Below, one piece after another: positions 1-9,197 of a stretch of 64,000 nucleotides of DNA. The translations under genes and the position numbers were made by a program. A model generated the notes under the pieces. The model did no database searches. It was not told the DNA's origin and worked only from the letters and a program-made list of their open reading frames with translations. The DNA comes from a virus, in the IMG/VR virus record IMGVR_UViG_3300025769_010106, positions 44,480 through 108,479 of that record; one strand, 5' to 3'. Within the stretch, counting starts at the first letter, position 1, and every line of letters begins with the position of its first letter.

Positions 1-326
1 TCGAAGAACCAGTTGAAGAGACCAATGAAGAAAACACTGTTCATGAAGTTAAGCCACAACAGCAGACCCTAAGCATTCAGGATCTTACGTTAATGGTTAA
101 TATTCTTGAAGTAGTGAGTAATCGAGGTGCCATTAAAACTAATGAGATGGAATTAGTAGGTAAATTATATAATAATTTAGTACTATTCCTTAAAGAAAAT
201 GGTGTGATTGCTAATCAAACTCAGGAAGATGCAGTAGCACATGATGCTGAAAAAGTAGAAAACGAAGAAGGTGATTCAGATACTGCTGAAAAAGTAGAAA
301 ACGAAGAAGGTGATTCAGATGCTTAA
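1..326 (+). CDS. hypothetical acidic phage protein, 5'-truncated
   Basis: Frame 3 is open from the window start (EEPVEETNEENTVHEV...) through the tracked ORF 93..326; stop overlaps the next gene. Confidence 0.7.
   Translation, partial: EEPVEETNEENTVHEVKPQQQTLSIQDLTLMVNILEVVSNRGAIKTNEMELVGKLYNNLVLFLKENGVIANQTQEDAVAHDAEKVENEEGDSDTAEKVENEEGDSDA
245..320 (+). repeat. perfect 37-nt tandem duplication, 39-nt period (AEKVENEEGDSD x2)
   Basis: tgctgaaaaagtagaaaacgaagaaggtgattcagat at 245-281 and 284-320. Confidence 0.95.
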
Positions 327-957
327 ACATGTAGGTAGACATGGTGAACAAAGAGTCGCTGTTGTCTTTAGAGAAGTACCCAACGAGGAACATATGTGCT
401 TGGTAATCTATCCAGGTCAGCTACAATCAGCATATCATAACGATCTTATGAAGTGTATTGAAAGTAACGCAGGACAAACTGCAAGCAATTTAGGCGAAGC
501 CATGCAACGTTATGTTGGTGCTGACGGCCGCAATCTACTAGTAGCCGCTCACCGCGAACGCTGGATGAAGAAGGTACGGTGTCAGGACGTTATTATGACA
601 CCAGTTCCTAATCAGCAGGGTGCACGCCTTGATGAGATCAACAAGATCATTAAGGAAGTGGAATCAGGCGCAGATGCTGCCAAGCGTATGGCAGAGATTG
701 ATGCACAGGCTGGTATGGCAGATCCTGCAAAGACTGTAAGCGATACAGCATATGCTGCAACTGCACCTGCAGGTGTACTAACTGATTCAGATATTGCCGC
801 AGACATGATGAAGCAGGCAGCACAAATGGAGTCACAGATTGCAGGACTACAGGCAGAAGTTGCACGTCTTACTGAAGAAGCAACTGCACTTGATCCAAGT
901 GTTGCTCCAGCACCTGCTCCTAAGAAGCGCGGTCGTCCTAAGAAGGCTGCTGCCTAA
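319..957 (+). CDS. hypothetical protein with coiled coil and C-terminal AT-hook-like tail
   Basis: ATG at 319 behind GAAGGTGA SD (track starts at 310); ends PKKRGRPKKAAA; TAATG coupling to thyX. Confidence 0.75.
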   Translation: MLKHVGRHGEQRVAVVFREVPNEEHMCLVIYPGQLQSAYHNDLMKCIESNAGQTASNLGEAMQRYVGADGRNLLVAAHRERWMKKVRCQDVIMTPVPNQQGARLDEINKIIKEVESGADAAKRMAEIDAQAGMADPAKTVSDTAYAATAPAGVLTDSDIAADMMKQAAQMESQIAGLQAEVARLTEEATALDPSVAPAPAPKKRGRPKKAAA

Positions 958-1637
958 TGAAGGTAAGCCTGGTTAGTTTTAGCCAAGCCAGTCCAGAGTT
1001 TTTAACTGAACACGATCTTGCTGATGCAGATGTGCAGGACCTTATTGCGTTCTGTGCTAGAGTCAGCAACCCTAGTGGACAGTTAAACATGGAGACTAGT
1101 GCAAAGCTCATTAAATATCTGATCAAACACAAGCACTGGAGTCCCCTAGAAATGGTCAGTGCTTGTATGGAGATTGAAACTACTCGTGATATAGCAAGGC
1201 AGATCCTACGTCACAGGAGTTTCAGTTTCCAGGAGTTTAGCCAACGCTATGCTGATCCCACAAAGGATCTAGAGTTTGTTATTCGTGAAGCACGTTTGCA
1301 GGATACTACAAATCGTCAAAACAGTATCGAGAACGATAATCAGCAGCTGGCTGTTGACTGGGAAGAGTATCAGAGAGATGTAATTGAATATGCCAATAGA
1401 GCATATCAATTTGCTATTGAAAATGGTATTGCAAAAGAACAGGCTCGTGCTGTTCTCCCGGAAGGACTGACCGTTTCTCGGTTATACATGAACGGCACAC
1501 TACGTAGTTGGGTACACTATATTGAACTACGTGGTGATAATGGTACTCAAAAGGAACACATGGAGATTGCTCATGCTTGTGCTAAGGTTATTGCAGATGT
1601 GTTCCCACTTGCAGACGAAATGTTTGAATGGTCATAA
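957..1637 (+). CDS. thyX: flavin-dependent thymidylate synthase
   Basis: HWSPLE and RHRSFSFQEFSQRY (RHRx7S) ThyX signature; TQKEH. Confidence 0.97.
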   Translation: MKVSLVSFSQASPEFLTEHDLADADVQDLIAFCARVSNPSGQLNMETSAKLIKYLIKHKHWSPLEMVSACMEIETTRDIARQILRHRSFSFQEFSQRYADPTKDLEFVIREARLQDTTNRQNSIENDNQQLAVDWEEYQRDVIEYANRAYQFAIENGIAKEQARAVLPEGLTVSRLYMNGTLRSWVHYIELRGDNGTQKEHMEIAHACAKVIADVFPLADEMFEWS

Positions 1638-1897
1638 AACATAACTGGGTACCTACACATTCATACCCACAGGGTTGCGGTTACTCGAAAGTATACGAAC
1701 ATCAGGTTACACTAGAGTGTGATGGCGTAAATTACCAGAGCATGCAATGGGCAGCAGAACATTGCAACCGTCGTTGGGGTTGGTACTTTACAGTGCTAAC
1801 TACTAACTATGAGAAACATGCAGTTATGACATTTGAAGACCCGGAAGAAATGATGCTTTGGGTATTGCGTTGGCAAGCAGAACATAGGAGAAAATAA
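1628..1897 (+). CDS. hypothetical protein
   Basis: 89-aa ORF overlapping its neighbours in operon fashion. Confidence 0.65.
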   Translation: MVIKHNWVPTHSYPQGCGYSKVYEHQVTLECDGVNYQSMQWAAEHCNRRWGWYFTVLTTNYEKHAVMTFEDPEEMMLWVLRWQAEHRRK

Positions 1898-2181
1898 TGG
1901 GCGGCGATAAATCATTTGCTAATATTGAAAAGATATTAACCAAGTATGAAAATGAAACTAACAGGTTGGAATTGGTTATTCATGCTGCTCAACTTGCAAG
2001 ATCCAAAAAGATTTCAGGACGAGCTGCATTAAATGTTTTAGAAACAGAAACTATTAATTTAAAAGATTTAGACGAGCAACTGATGGATAAACTACAGAAA
2101 CAAATCCAGAAAGACAATAAAGAAAAAGAAAGCAAAAAGGTAGATTCAGATGATCCACCTACACAACCTAAACAGACTTAA
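1897..2181 (+). CDS. hypothetical protein
   Basis: AGGAG SD, TAATG coupling, 94 aa. Confidence 0.65.
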   Translation: MGGDKSFANIEKILTKYENETNRLELVIHAAQLARSKKISGRAALNVLETETINLKDLDEQLMDKLQKQIQKDNKEKESKKVDSDDPPTQPKQT

Positions 2182-3142
2182 TAAAGAATTAAATACTGCT
2201 TTAATAAAAGCTAACGACCTGGTTCTAAAATCAGGTCGTGTCATGATGGGTGAATATACACTGGAGTTTGAAAGCAGAATAGCAAAAGTATCTGGAGCAA
2301 ACTACGCATGTGTAGTAGGAAGTGGAAGCGACGCTCTGTTGTATGCGTTAGTATCTAGTAACACTACAGGACTTGTTGGCATGCCTGCTCAAACTTTTAT
2401 TGCTACTAAAAATTCTATTTTAAGAGCTGGATGCATACCTTATTTGGTAGATGTAAAGAATAATGCTCTATTAAATTGGGATTTAATTCCAAACAGTGTT
2501 GATTGTGCTGTATGGGTTGGGTTATTTGGTAACTCTGAACCTCTACCTGATAACTTATTTGTAATAGAAGATGGAGCTCAACATTTTGGAGCAAGGCTTC
2601 AATCCAATATTGCAACATATAGTTTTGATCCTACAAAAAGTCTACCTAACTTTGGCAATGGCGGTGCAGTTGTTAGCAACGACAAACGTGTTATAGACAA
2701 TGTAAAACTTTTACGCAGACATCAAATAGTAAATGGACACACGGGCGGCAACAGCATAATGAGTGAACGTGAGTGTGCTGAAATGTGTGTTAAGTTAGAT
2801 TACTTTCCTCTTTGGCAAGAGCGTAGACAGGAGATTGCTAGAGATTATTACACACATTTAGGACATCTTGTAAATTGTGTCACTCAACTAGATGGACAGA
2901 TAAGCAAGTTTATTATTGAAACAACTATGCGGGCTGACCTACAAAAATACCTATCTCACAAACATATAGAGACCAAACGTGCCTATGAACATCCAATATA
3001 CGAATTTGACCAGGCATCCAAAAACTGTAAAAGATTTCTACAATTACCCTGTGATCCTTATATGACTGATGAAGAACTGTTAGCTGTTATAATGGCTGTC
3101 AAAGAATTCTTTGAGGAAAGCCCACTCGAAAGTTTGCTGTAG
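2150..3142 (+). CDS. DegT/DnrJ/EryC1/StrS PLP-dependent (sugar) aminotransferase
   Basis: EFESRIA..GSGSDAL, TFIAT, IEDGAQHFG, SFDPTKSL (PLP lysine), GNGGAV, LQLPCDPYM. Confidence 0.9.
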   Translation: MIHLHNLNRLNKELNTALIKANDLVLKSGRVMMGEYTLEFESRIAKVSGANYACVVGSGSDALLYALVSSNTTGLVGMPAQTFIATKNSILRAGCIPYLVDVKNNALLNWDLIPNSVDCAVWVGLFGNSEPLPDNLFVIEDGAQHFGARLQSNIATYSFDPTKSLPNFGNGGAVVSNDKRVIDNVKLLRRHQIVNGHTGGNSIMSERECAEMCVKLDYFPLWQERRQEIARDYYTHLGHLVNCVTQLDGQISKFIIETTMRADLQKYLSHKHIETKRAYEHPIYEFDQASKNCKRFLQLPCDPYMTDEELLAVIMAVKEFFEESPLESLL

Positions 3143-5389
3143 ATCATTTCCATCTTCAACATACTTGACAGCATCCTCAGCACCTCGTACACTCCACTTA
3201 CCATTCTCTCCATTACCAACTGTAGTCCATTGCTCTAGTCTATAACGACTTTCAATGTCTGACTGTTGAGTAAGTTTTACACATTCGCGGAAGGCTGTAC
3301 GCCAAGTTTCATATGGCGTGGTGTTAAAGTCTGCTGTACTTGCTATTACAGGAACAACTCCGTGTCTAGCACTTAGCGTAAAGTCTAGCCCCCATTCAGT
3401 AGCATCCAATACCATTTGTTTGTGGTACGCAATAATACCCATGTGTCCATACTCTAATCCATTAACAGGATTACGACTGTGGAATATCCAATGCTTGGGG
3501 CCTTGCAGCCAATCTGGTTGCCAGTTAAAATTAAAGTCAGGTTCTACAATACACTTAGCAAATACGTTAAAGAACCAGGGTGTCTCACTGATCTCTGCAC
3601 AGGCCTTATATGCTTCTGCTCTACCCGTTACACCATCTATGCGCTTGGCTCTAGGGCACATACACTTGAGTAGAAACCAGTTTTTATCGGCGTTTTTTTC
3701 ACCATTACTAAGATACACAACATCTAGTAGTTTTTCTTCTATATTATAGTCATTATGACGCAATATGTATGGGTAGTCATAGAATTGAGTAGAAAAATGC
3801 TGTTTACAGTCCCTAGGCACTAGTAGTACGCTACCGCTCTGTGTAAAGACGTGCAGATCGGGTTTTTTCCAAAAACTAGGAACATAGTCCAAAGATTTAG
3901 TGTCTGTATTCAATATCCAACTATATGACTGTGTAACTTCATGTAGTGCATTAACTGTGGGCCAGGGTCTATAAGGGACTGTAACATCCTCTACGTAGTT
4001 TATAGTATCAAACCACCCTAAAACTTTTAGGGTACTGTGTTGACTCTTAAAACGCTCCACAGGGACTAAAAATGTATCACCCTCACGCTGATTACAGCTA
4101 GGGAATACATGTAGCATATCCTTCTGCCAGGGTTCCGGTTCCCAGCCAAAATCAAAGTTAGTGTAATCACAAGTGCTACTCGTAACCCATATATACTCGC
4201 TATCTGTACGCTCGCATATTCTTCCCAGAGTTTCTAACCAGGTACTGAAAAATCTAGTTGTTTTATGATCTAGATCAGGTGTAAACTTATATCCATTACC
4301 AAAGTCTACATATACTATTTCTCTGTTGTCATCAAATAATTCTACCGTTTGATCTTCAACAAAGTTTAATTCTGGAAAGTCTTTAACATCCTCAAACCAA
4401 GGTACCAGTCGTAGGAATTCAAGTCTTGGTACTCTAAACACATTAGCCCATTTTTGAAACTTGCTGCCAAACACATGTATCATGTTGCTTTGCCAAGTTT
4501 CTGGATACCATCCAAAGTCAAAGTCTGTGTAGTCATAGTCACTGCTGACTATCCACACAAAATCACTATTACTATTTTCACAAGCCTTTTTAATAATACT
4601 GGCCCAGTTGCCTACACCTCTAATTTTACGAGCATTTGAATCTTGTGCTAATACTGTGTCAAAACTTTTTTTGTTGTTTTTATTAAATTGGTCTACAACA
4701 AAAATATCACTAGTGATCTTGCTTTTAACCTGTTGCACACTTTCATACTTGATTTCACTAGCACCAGGTGTGTGATATTCAGGACCGCCTTGTCTAGCCC
4801 ATTTACTACCAAACACATGAATGTAACTGTCGGACTTTCTTGGATGCCAACTAAAATCAAAATTATCCAAATCAGCGTTTGGTGGCACATGCCAATTGTT
4901 TAAATTTTCTAGTGCTGTTGATCGTTGCACACTTTCATATTTTATTTCACTAGCACCGGGTGTATGATATTCAGGACCTCCATCAGGTTGCCATTGTGTT
5001 CCAAAAACATGAATATAATTTTCATTTGGATCTGGATGCCAACTTAAATCAAATTTGTTGGTGTCAATGTTTGAAGGTATTTGCCAGTTGTCAACACATG
5101 GCAGTCTAGTTACACGTTGATCTTTCATGTAGTGTAAAGGACCAGGATTGTGTTTGGGTGTTAGATAAACTTGTCCGTCTTGTTGCCATTGACTGGGCCA
5201 TACATACACATGATCATGCTCCCAGTGCGGAGGCACCATGTCAAAGCGAAAATCTGTGTAGTCATTTTGACCCGATAAATACCAGCAGTATTCAGTACGA
5301 CTTTGCTGTTGTGCTGCTTCAATTGAATCTGCAGGCTGCTCGTGAGCAAATAGATTAGGCTTAGAACCTGTATAGAAAACATCAAACAT
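3080..5389 (-). CDS. 769-aa repeat-built glycosyltransferase-like protein
   Basis: About seven FDFxWxP..W....HVF modules; C-terminal domain aligns by eye with the 17543..18469 protein (KRIDGVTG, NGLEYG, AFRECVK). Confidence 0.6.
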   Translation of the reverse strand: MFDVFYTGSKPNLFAHEQPADSIEAAQQQSRTEYCWYLSGQNDYTDFRFDMVPPHWEHDHVYVWPSQWQQDGQVYLTPKHNPGPLHYMKDQRVTRLPCVDNWQIPSNIDTNKFDLSWHPDPNENYIHVFGTQWQPDGGPEYHTPGASEIKYESVQRSTALENLNNWHVPPNADLDNFDFSWHPRKSDSYIHVFGSKWARQGGPEYHTPGASEIKYESVQQVKSKITSDIFVVDQFNKNNKKSFDTVLAQDSNARKIRGVGNWASIIKKACENSNSDFVWIVSSDYDYTDFDFGWYPETWQSNMIHVFGSKFQKWANVFRVPRLEFLRLVPWFEDVKDFPELNFVEDQTVELFDDNREIVYVDFGNGYKFTPDLDHKTTRFFSTWLETLGRICERTDSEYIWVTSSTCDYTNFDFGWEPEPWQKDMLHVFPSCNQREGDTFLVPVERFKSQHSTLKVLGWFDTINYVEDVTVPYRPWPTVNALHEVTQSYSWILNTDTKSLDYVPSFWKKPDLHVFTQSGSVLLVPRDCKQHFSTQFYDYPYILRHNDYNIEEKLLDVVYLSNGEKNADKNWFLLKCMCPRAKRIDGVTGRAEAYKACAEISETPWFFNVFAKCIVEPDFNFNWQPDWLQGPKHWIFHSRNPVNGLEYGHMGIIAYHKQMVLDATEWGLDFTLSARHGVVPVIASTADFNTTPYETWRTAFRECVKLTQQSDIESRYRLEQWTTVGNGENGKWSVRGAEDAVKYVEDGNDLQQTFEWAFLKEFFDSHYNS
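4732..4978 (-). repeat. intragenic direct repeat, 55 nt, 192-nt period (GPEYHTPGASEIKYESVQ x2)
   Basis: 4732-4786 vs 4924-4978; only four mismatches, peptide unchanged. Confidence 0.9.
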
Positions 5390-6446
5390 GTATAATTTAG
5401 AAACCTTTTATCCTACTATCAGCACATGGTTTAGACGCAAATATGACCATTTGGAACCTGCTGTGGTATACCCTTATCCATATGGCAGTGAACATCCAGA
5501 AGATACTGTGTTTGACAGTGCTTATGAATTTCCTAAGACTGTGTTACTATTATACGATCAAGAACCTTTTTGGTCAAGTATTCGTTGGCTAGATCATTTT
5601 GCTGAAATGTTTGCTGATTGGGGCTCAACAGTAATACTTATTACCACACAAGAATGGGGCACTAATTTAGACTATTATGTTAAAAACTTTAATTGGAAAC
5701 ATGTTTGTTACCAGCACCACCTGTTAGCATGCAGAGATTGGTATAGGGGTTATAGAAATCATCCACAACTGGTTTCACCTCAACAACGAAAACTTTATAA
5801 TCATTTTGTATGTTATAATAGACTTTTTGCTGAAAATAGACCACATAGAGTTAATCTTCTTAAAGACCTATATGATGATAACATACTATGCAAAGTTGAT
5901 ATGAGTTTTCCTGCAACTGATCCTATTACAAATAGTTCTTATGCAGATATATCTGGTCGTAGTGATATACAGTTTATTCTACCATTAGACATAGACGATC
6001 CCAATCATAACAACAATAGTTTTACTTTAGATATACAATCTGCTAATGAAACTGCTATACATATTATTACTGAAACTATTTTCAATATTAAAGAAAATTA
6101 TCTAAGCGAAAAAAGTTATAAACCTATTGCCCTTAAACAACCATTTATAATATTTGGCGCTCCCTATAGCCTTAAGACTTTGCAGGATTTAGGATTTAAA
6201 ACTTTTGCTAATTTTTGGGATGAAAGTTATGATAACATTGAGGACCATGATCTAAGATACAGCAAGGCATATAAAATTGTTAAAGATATTGCTAGCATGT
6301 CATTAAATGATATTCAAAATATTCTAATACAGTCTACGGATATTCTTGAATATAATTATAACCATTTTTATGCACAGGAAACTTTGGATAATATAGTTAA
6401 TAATCTATTTTTAGATATTACTAAGGCCGCTAGTTACGTAAATTAA
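5388..6446 (+). CDS. putative glycosyltransferase (GT10/fucosyltransferase-like C-terminus)
   Basis: CYNR..RPHR, IITET, LSEKSYKPI, PFIIFG, GFKTF..WDESYD; AT-rich and opposite strand to its flanks. Confidence 0.55.
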   Translation: MYNLETFYPTISTWFRRKYDHLEPAVVYPYPYGSEHPEDTVFDSAYEFPKTVLLLYDQEPFWSSIRWLDHFAEMFADWGSTVILITTQEWGTNLDYYVKNFNWKHVCYQHHLLACRDWYRGYRNHPQLVSPQQRKLYNHFVCYNRLFAENRPHRVNLLKDLYDDNILCKVDMSFPATDPITNSSYADISGRSDIQFILPLDIDDPNHNNNSFTLDIQSANETAIHIITETIFNIKENYLSEKSYKPIALKQPFIIFGAPYSLKTLQDLGFKTFANFWDESYDNIEDHDLRYSKAYKIVKDIASMSLNDIQNILIQSTDILEYNYNHFYAQETLDNIVNNLFLDITKAASYVN

Positions 6447-6447
6447 A

Positions 6448-6891
6448 TCAAACATCTATTTGTTCCACTGGTATATTACATTCTTTTAAAAACTCTAGTC
6501 CATCGTTTAATCGGTAGGGATGAACATAGAATATTTCCTTAATACCTGCTTGATATAAGCCTTTAGAACATTCCATGCAGGGCTGATGTGTTATAAAGGC
6601 ACTAGCACCTTCGCCACTTTCAGTAGATCGGGCCAACTTCATAAGAGCATTCATTTCCGCGTGAAGTACTTCTGGTTTGGTCACTAACTCAACATGATCC
6701 GCAGTGCCATTGCCTGTCATAAATTGTGTCTCACATTCATTAGTCCAGCCGCTGGGCATGCCATTATAGCCAATGCTAATCACACGATTGTCTTTTACAA
6801 TCACACAGCCAACCTGTAGTCTAACCGCAGTACTACATTCGGCATATGCAAATGCAGCCTTCATGTGAGCTACTTTGTGTTTTTCCTTCAC
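6448..6891 (-). CDS. dCMP deaminase
   Basis: HAEMNAL and PCMEC zinc motifs; VGCVIV..IGYNGMPSG; GTG start at 6891 preferred over ATG at 6912. Confidence 0.95.
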   Translation of the reverse strand: MKEKHKVAHMKAAFAYAECSTAVRLQVGCVIVKDNRVISIGYNGMPSGWTNECETQFMTGNGTADHVELVTKPEVLHAEMNALMKLARSTESGEGASAFITHQPCMECSKGLYQAGIKEIFYVHPYRLNDGLEFLKECNIPVEQIDV

Positions 6892-6955
6892 CAGCCTATG
6901 CCTCGTCGCCATCTCATTTTATATAGTTTTACTAAAAGTTTGAATAACATAATCT

Positions 6956-7315
6956 CTAAAATCCTAAATCCATTCTCCATGGATACATTGTATAGCCAAG
7001 AGGACGTAAGACGAACTCTTCAAACAGTACGATTAAAACAATACCAAATACCCATTGTACCCAACGTGGCCAAGTTGTTCGCCAACGTGTAAAGGGACGC
7101 AATATCCATGCTAATATATTGGTTACCTTACCCCAGAACCAATCACCTACACTAAAGGGAGGAACTTTCCACAGTACTACAGGAACTATTAACCACCATA
7201 TCCACTGTGGATAGTCGTCATTGGGCTCATCTATTACAATCATTAGAACCAGTAGTGCTAGTAGGTATGCACCAATCCATTTTTTCATATGTGCTAGTTT
7301 ATGTTTTTCTTTCAT
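6956..7315 (-). CDS. Trp-rich membrane protein
   Basis: Three hydrophobic segments; first 11 codons duplicate the dCMP deaminase N-terminus. Confidence 0.7.
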   Translation of the reverse strand: MKEKHKLAHMKKWIGAYLLALLVLMIVIDEPNDDYPQWIWWLIVPVVLWKVPPFSVGDWFWGKVTNILAWILRPFTRWRTTWPRWVQWVFGIVLIVLFEEFVLRPLGYTMYPWRMDLGF

Positions 7316-7609
7316 TTAAAATATACCTATCATTAGTTTAGTATCTTCCGGTATAAGATCAGGTCCCCACTGTGGTTCCCATACAAGTTCACGTTCTACT
7401 TCTGTCACACCGTCAACATTTTTGCAGGCTTGGTATATGTCTTCGCATATTTGATCGGCAAATGGACACATAAAACTTGTTAAGCTATGCTTTACATGAA
7501 CTTTAGTTTTTTCTATTTCTATACTATATATCAAACCCAAATCGTAAACATTAACGCTTATCTCTGGATCATAGACAAGACGTAGTGCTTCTATTATCTT
7601 ATCTTTCAT
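7316..7609 (-). CDS. sufT: DUF59 / SufT-PaaD-like Fe-S cluster maturation protein
   Basis: DPEI.VNVYDLGLIY, LTSFMCP, LVWEPQW motifs. Confidence 0.9.
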   Translation of the reverse strand: MKDKIIEALRLVYDPEISVNVYDLGLIYSIEIEKTKVHVKHSLTSFMCPFADQICEDIYQACKNVDGVTEVERELVWEPQWGPDLIPEDTKLMIGIF

Positions 7610-9087
7610 GAGCAGACCTTCACACCATACTGCTTTTCAAAACGATCTGCGTCAGCACGATCATTTACCATGGGCTCGCCACGGATGTTTAGGCTAGTGT
7701 TTAATAGCATTGGGCAGTCTGTCATTACATACCACTTTTCAAGTAGGTCCCTTGCGCCAGTACGATCATCCTTGCCTACTGTTTGTACACGACTGGTGTT
7801 GTCATAATGTACTATTGCAGGGAATAGATCTGGACGCTTACATTTATAGGTAAACTGCATATAGGGACTCGTATCCAGTCTGGGCATATCAAAATAATCG
7901 TGTGCATGCTCCTCTAATATCATAGGAGCAAAAGGTCTGAACTTTTGTCTGCGTTTGATCTCGTTAACACGGTCTTTTATATCATCGCCGCGTGGGTCAG
8001 CAAGTAGACTGCGATTGCCCAGAGCACGTGGGCCAAACTCTGCACGACCACTTGCAACTCCTACAATACCTTCACGCTGTAGTTCGCCAATAATTTCTTC
8101 ACTGGGATATTCACCGGGAATGTTTGTTCCCAGATATGGCCCTTGCCAGTTTAAACGTTTGCCATATGCAAGAGCAGCAGCACCTAAACTACTACCACAG
8201 TCGCCAGGGTTTGGCATAACCCATAGTCTATTCCAGATATCACGAATCGCACTATTTGCAACACAGTTAAGAGCAACACCCCCCATGAACACGCAATCAT
8301 CAATATCAGTATTTGTAATACTTAATTGATGCATTGCCGTTCTGAGCATGCCTTCAGTGATCATTTGTGCAGCTCTGGCTATTTCTTCGATTGTATATTC
8401 ACTGGCGAAACTGTCTTCTACACCAACGTGAAAATTTCGTTTAAAAATCTGTTTATGTTCATTATCTAAACTACCAGTAACAACCTCGCGATATGCATTT
8501 GGAGATCCATACGCTGCCATACCCATGAGAATATATTCTTCTTCCATGGGTTTTAAACCACAACGCTTGGTCATTGCGCTGTAAAACAATCCTAAACTAT
8601 GAGGGTAGCGACGTGTATAAATCCTTTTATATTGTGCCCGACCTTGGTCATCGTATTCAGCACGATATGTTGACCAACAGTCCCATTCACCAATAGCATC
8701 TATTACTACCACAACAGCACGATCAAAGGGTGATGTTTGAAACCCTGCCGCAGCATGACTTAAATGATGTCCTGAGTATTTGTCTACTTTAAGTCCGTAT
8801 GGTTTTAATTGTTTAGTAGGACTAGGGTCACCAAACACTTTACGCCACTCACCACTATATAGTTGACGTGTTTTTTTCAGCCATGGACGTTCATACCAAG
8901 CAACTAAATCAGGCGTACCATAACCGAGTGCCTCAGCCATAATGCCTTCATTTAGTGTAGCATCATTTTTAACTTTACTATAGCGTTCGCTGTGACCTGC
9001 AAAAAGTATATTGCCTCTACTGTCCACGACACTGACACCAGCATCATGAAAGCCTGCACTCACGCCCATGTATGTTTTAAGTTTCAT
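7606..9087 (-). CDS. NodU/CmcH/TobZ-family O-carbamoyltransferase
   Basis: GFHDAG, HHLSHAA, DAIGE, MGMAAYG, GGVALNC, EFGPRALGNRS, FRPFAP, SRVQTV, LLNTSLN. Confidence 0.96.
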   Translation of the reverse strand: MKLKTYMGVSAGFHDAGVSVVDSRGNILFAGHSERYSKVKNDATLNEGIMAEALGYGTPDLVAWYERPWLKKTRQLYSGEWRKVFGDPSPTKQLKPYGLKVDKYSGHHLSHAAAGFQTSPFDRAVVVVIDAIGEWDCWSTYRAEYDDQGRAQYKRIYTRRYPHSLGLFYSAMTKRCGLKPMEEEYILMGMAAYGSPNAYREVVTGSLDNEHKQIFKRNFHVGVEDSFASEYTIEEIARAAQMITEGMLRTAMHQLSITNTDIDDCVFMGGVALNCVANSAIRDIWNRLWVMPNPGDCGSSLGAAALAYGKRLNWQGPYLGTNIPGEYPSEEIIGELQREGIVGVASGRAEFGPRALGNRSLLADPRGDDIKDRVNEIKRRQKFRPFAPMILEEHAHDYFDMPRLDTSPYMQFTYKCKRPDLFPAIVHYDNTSRVQTVGKDDRTGARDLLEKWYVMTDCPMLLNTSLNIRGEPMVNDRADADRFEKQYGVKVCS

Positions 9088-9185
9088 TTGTAGATAAAAG
9101 GGTCCCTACGTCTCAACTCTTTTAGTCGCTTGCGATACTGTATCTCAAGTTTAATTCTGTTAATAAGGTTGCGAATCCAACGCAT
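9084..9185 (-). CDS. 33-aa basic peptide (MRWIRNLINRIKLEIQYRKRLKELRRRDPFIYK), absent from the ORF track
   Basis: AGGAG SD upstream; TGA overlaps the carbamoyltransferase ATG (ATGA); fills the intergenic gap. Confidence 0.8.
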   Translation of the reverse strand: MRWIRNLINRIKLEIQYRKRLKELRRRDPFIYK

Positions 9186-9197
9186 TATATTCTCCTG

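Noticed and set aside
245-320. 37-nt repeat as a CRISPR or guide array
   Set aside because: Only two copies, 2-nt spacer, in-frame coding duplication, no cas-like gene
957-1637. ThyX as a base-modifying hydroxymethylase
   Set aside because: It is a canonical flavin-dependent ThyX, not a ThyA-fold dCMP/dUMP hydroxymethylase, so it gives no direct evidence for modified DNA
4732-4978. Repeat pair as a DGR template/variable region
   Set aside because: Mismatches are silent and not adenine-specific; no reverse transcriptase in the window
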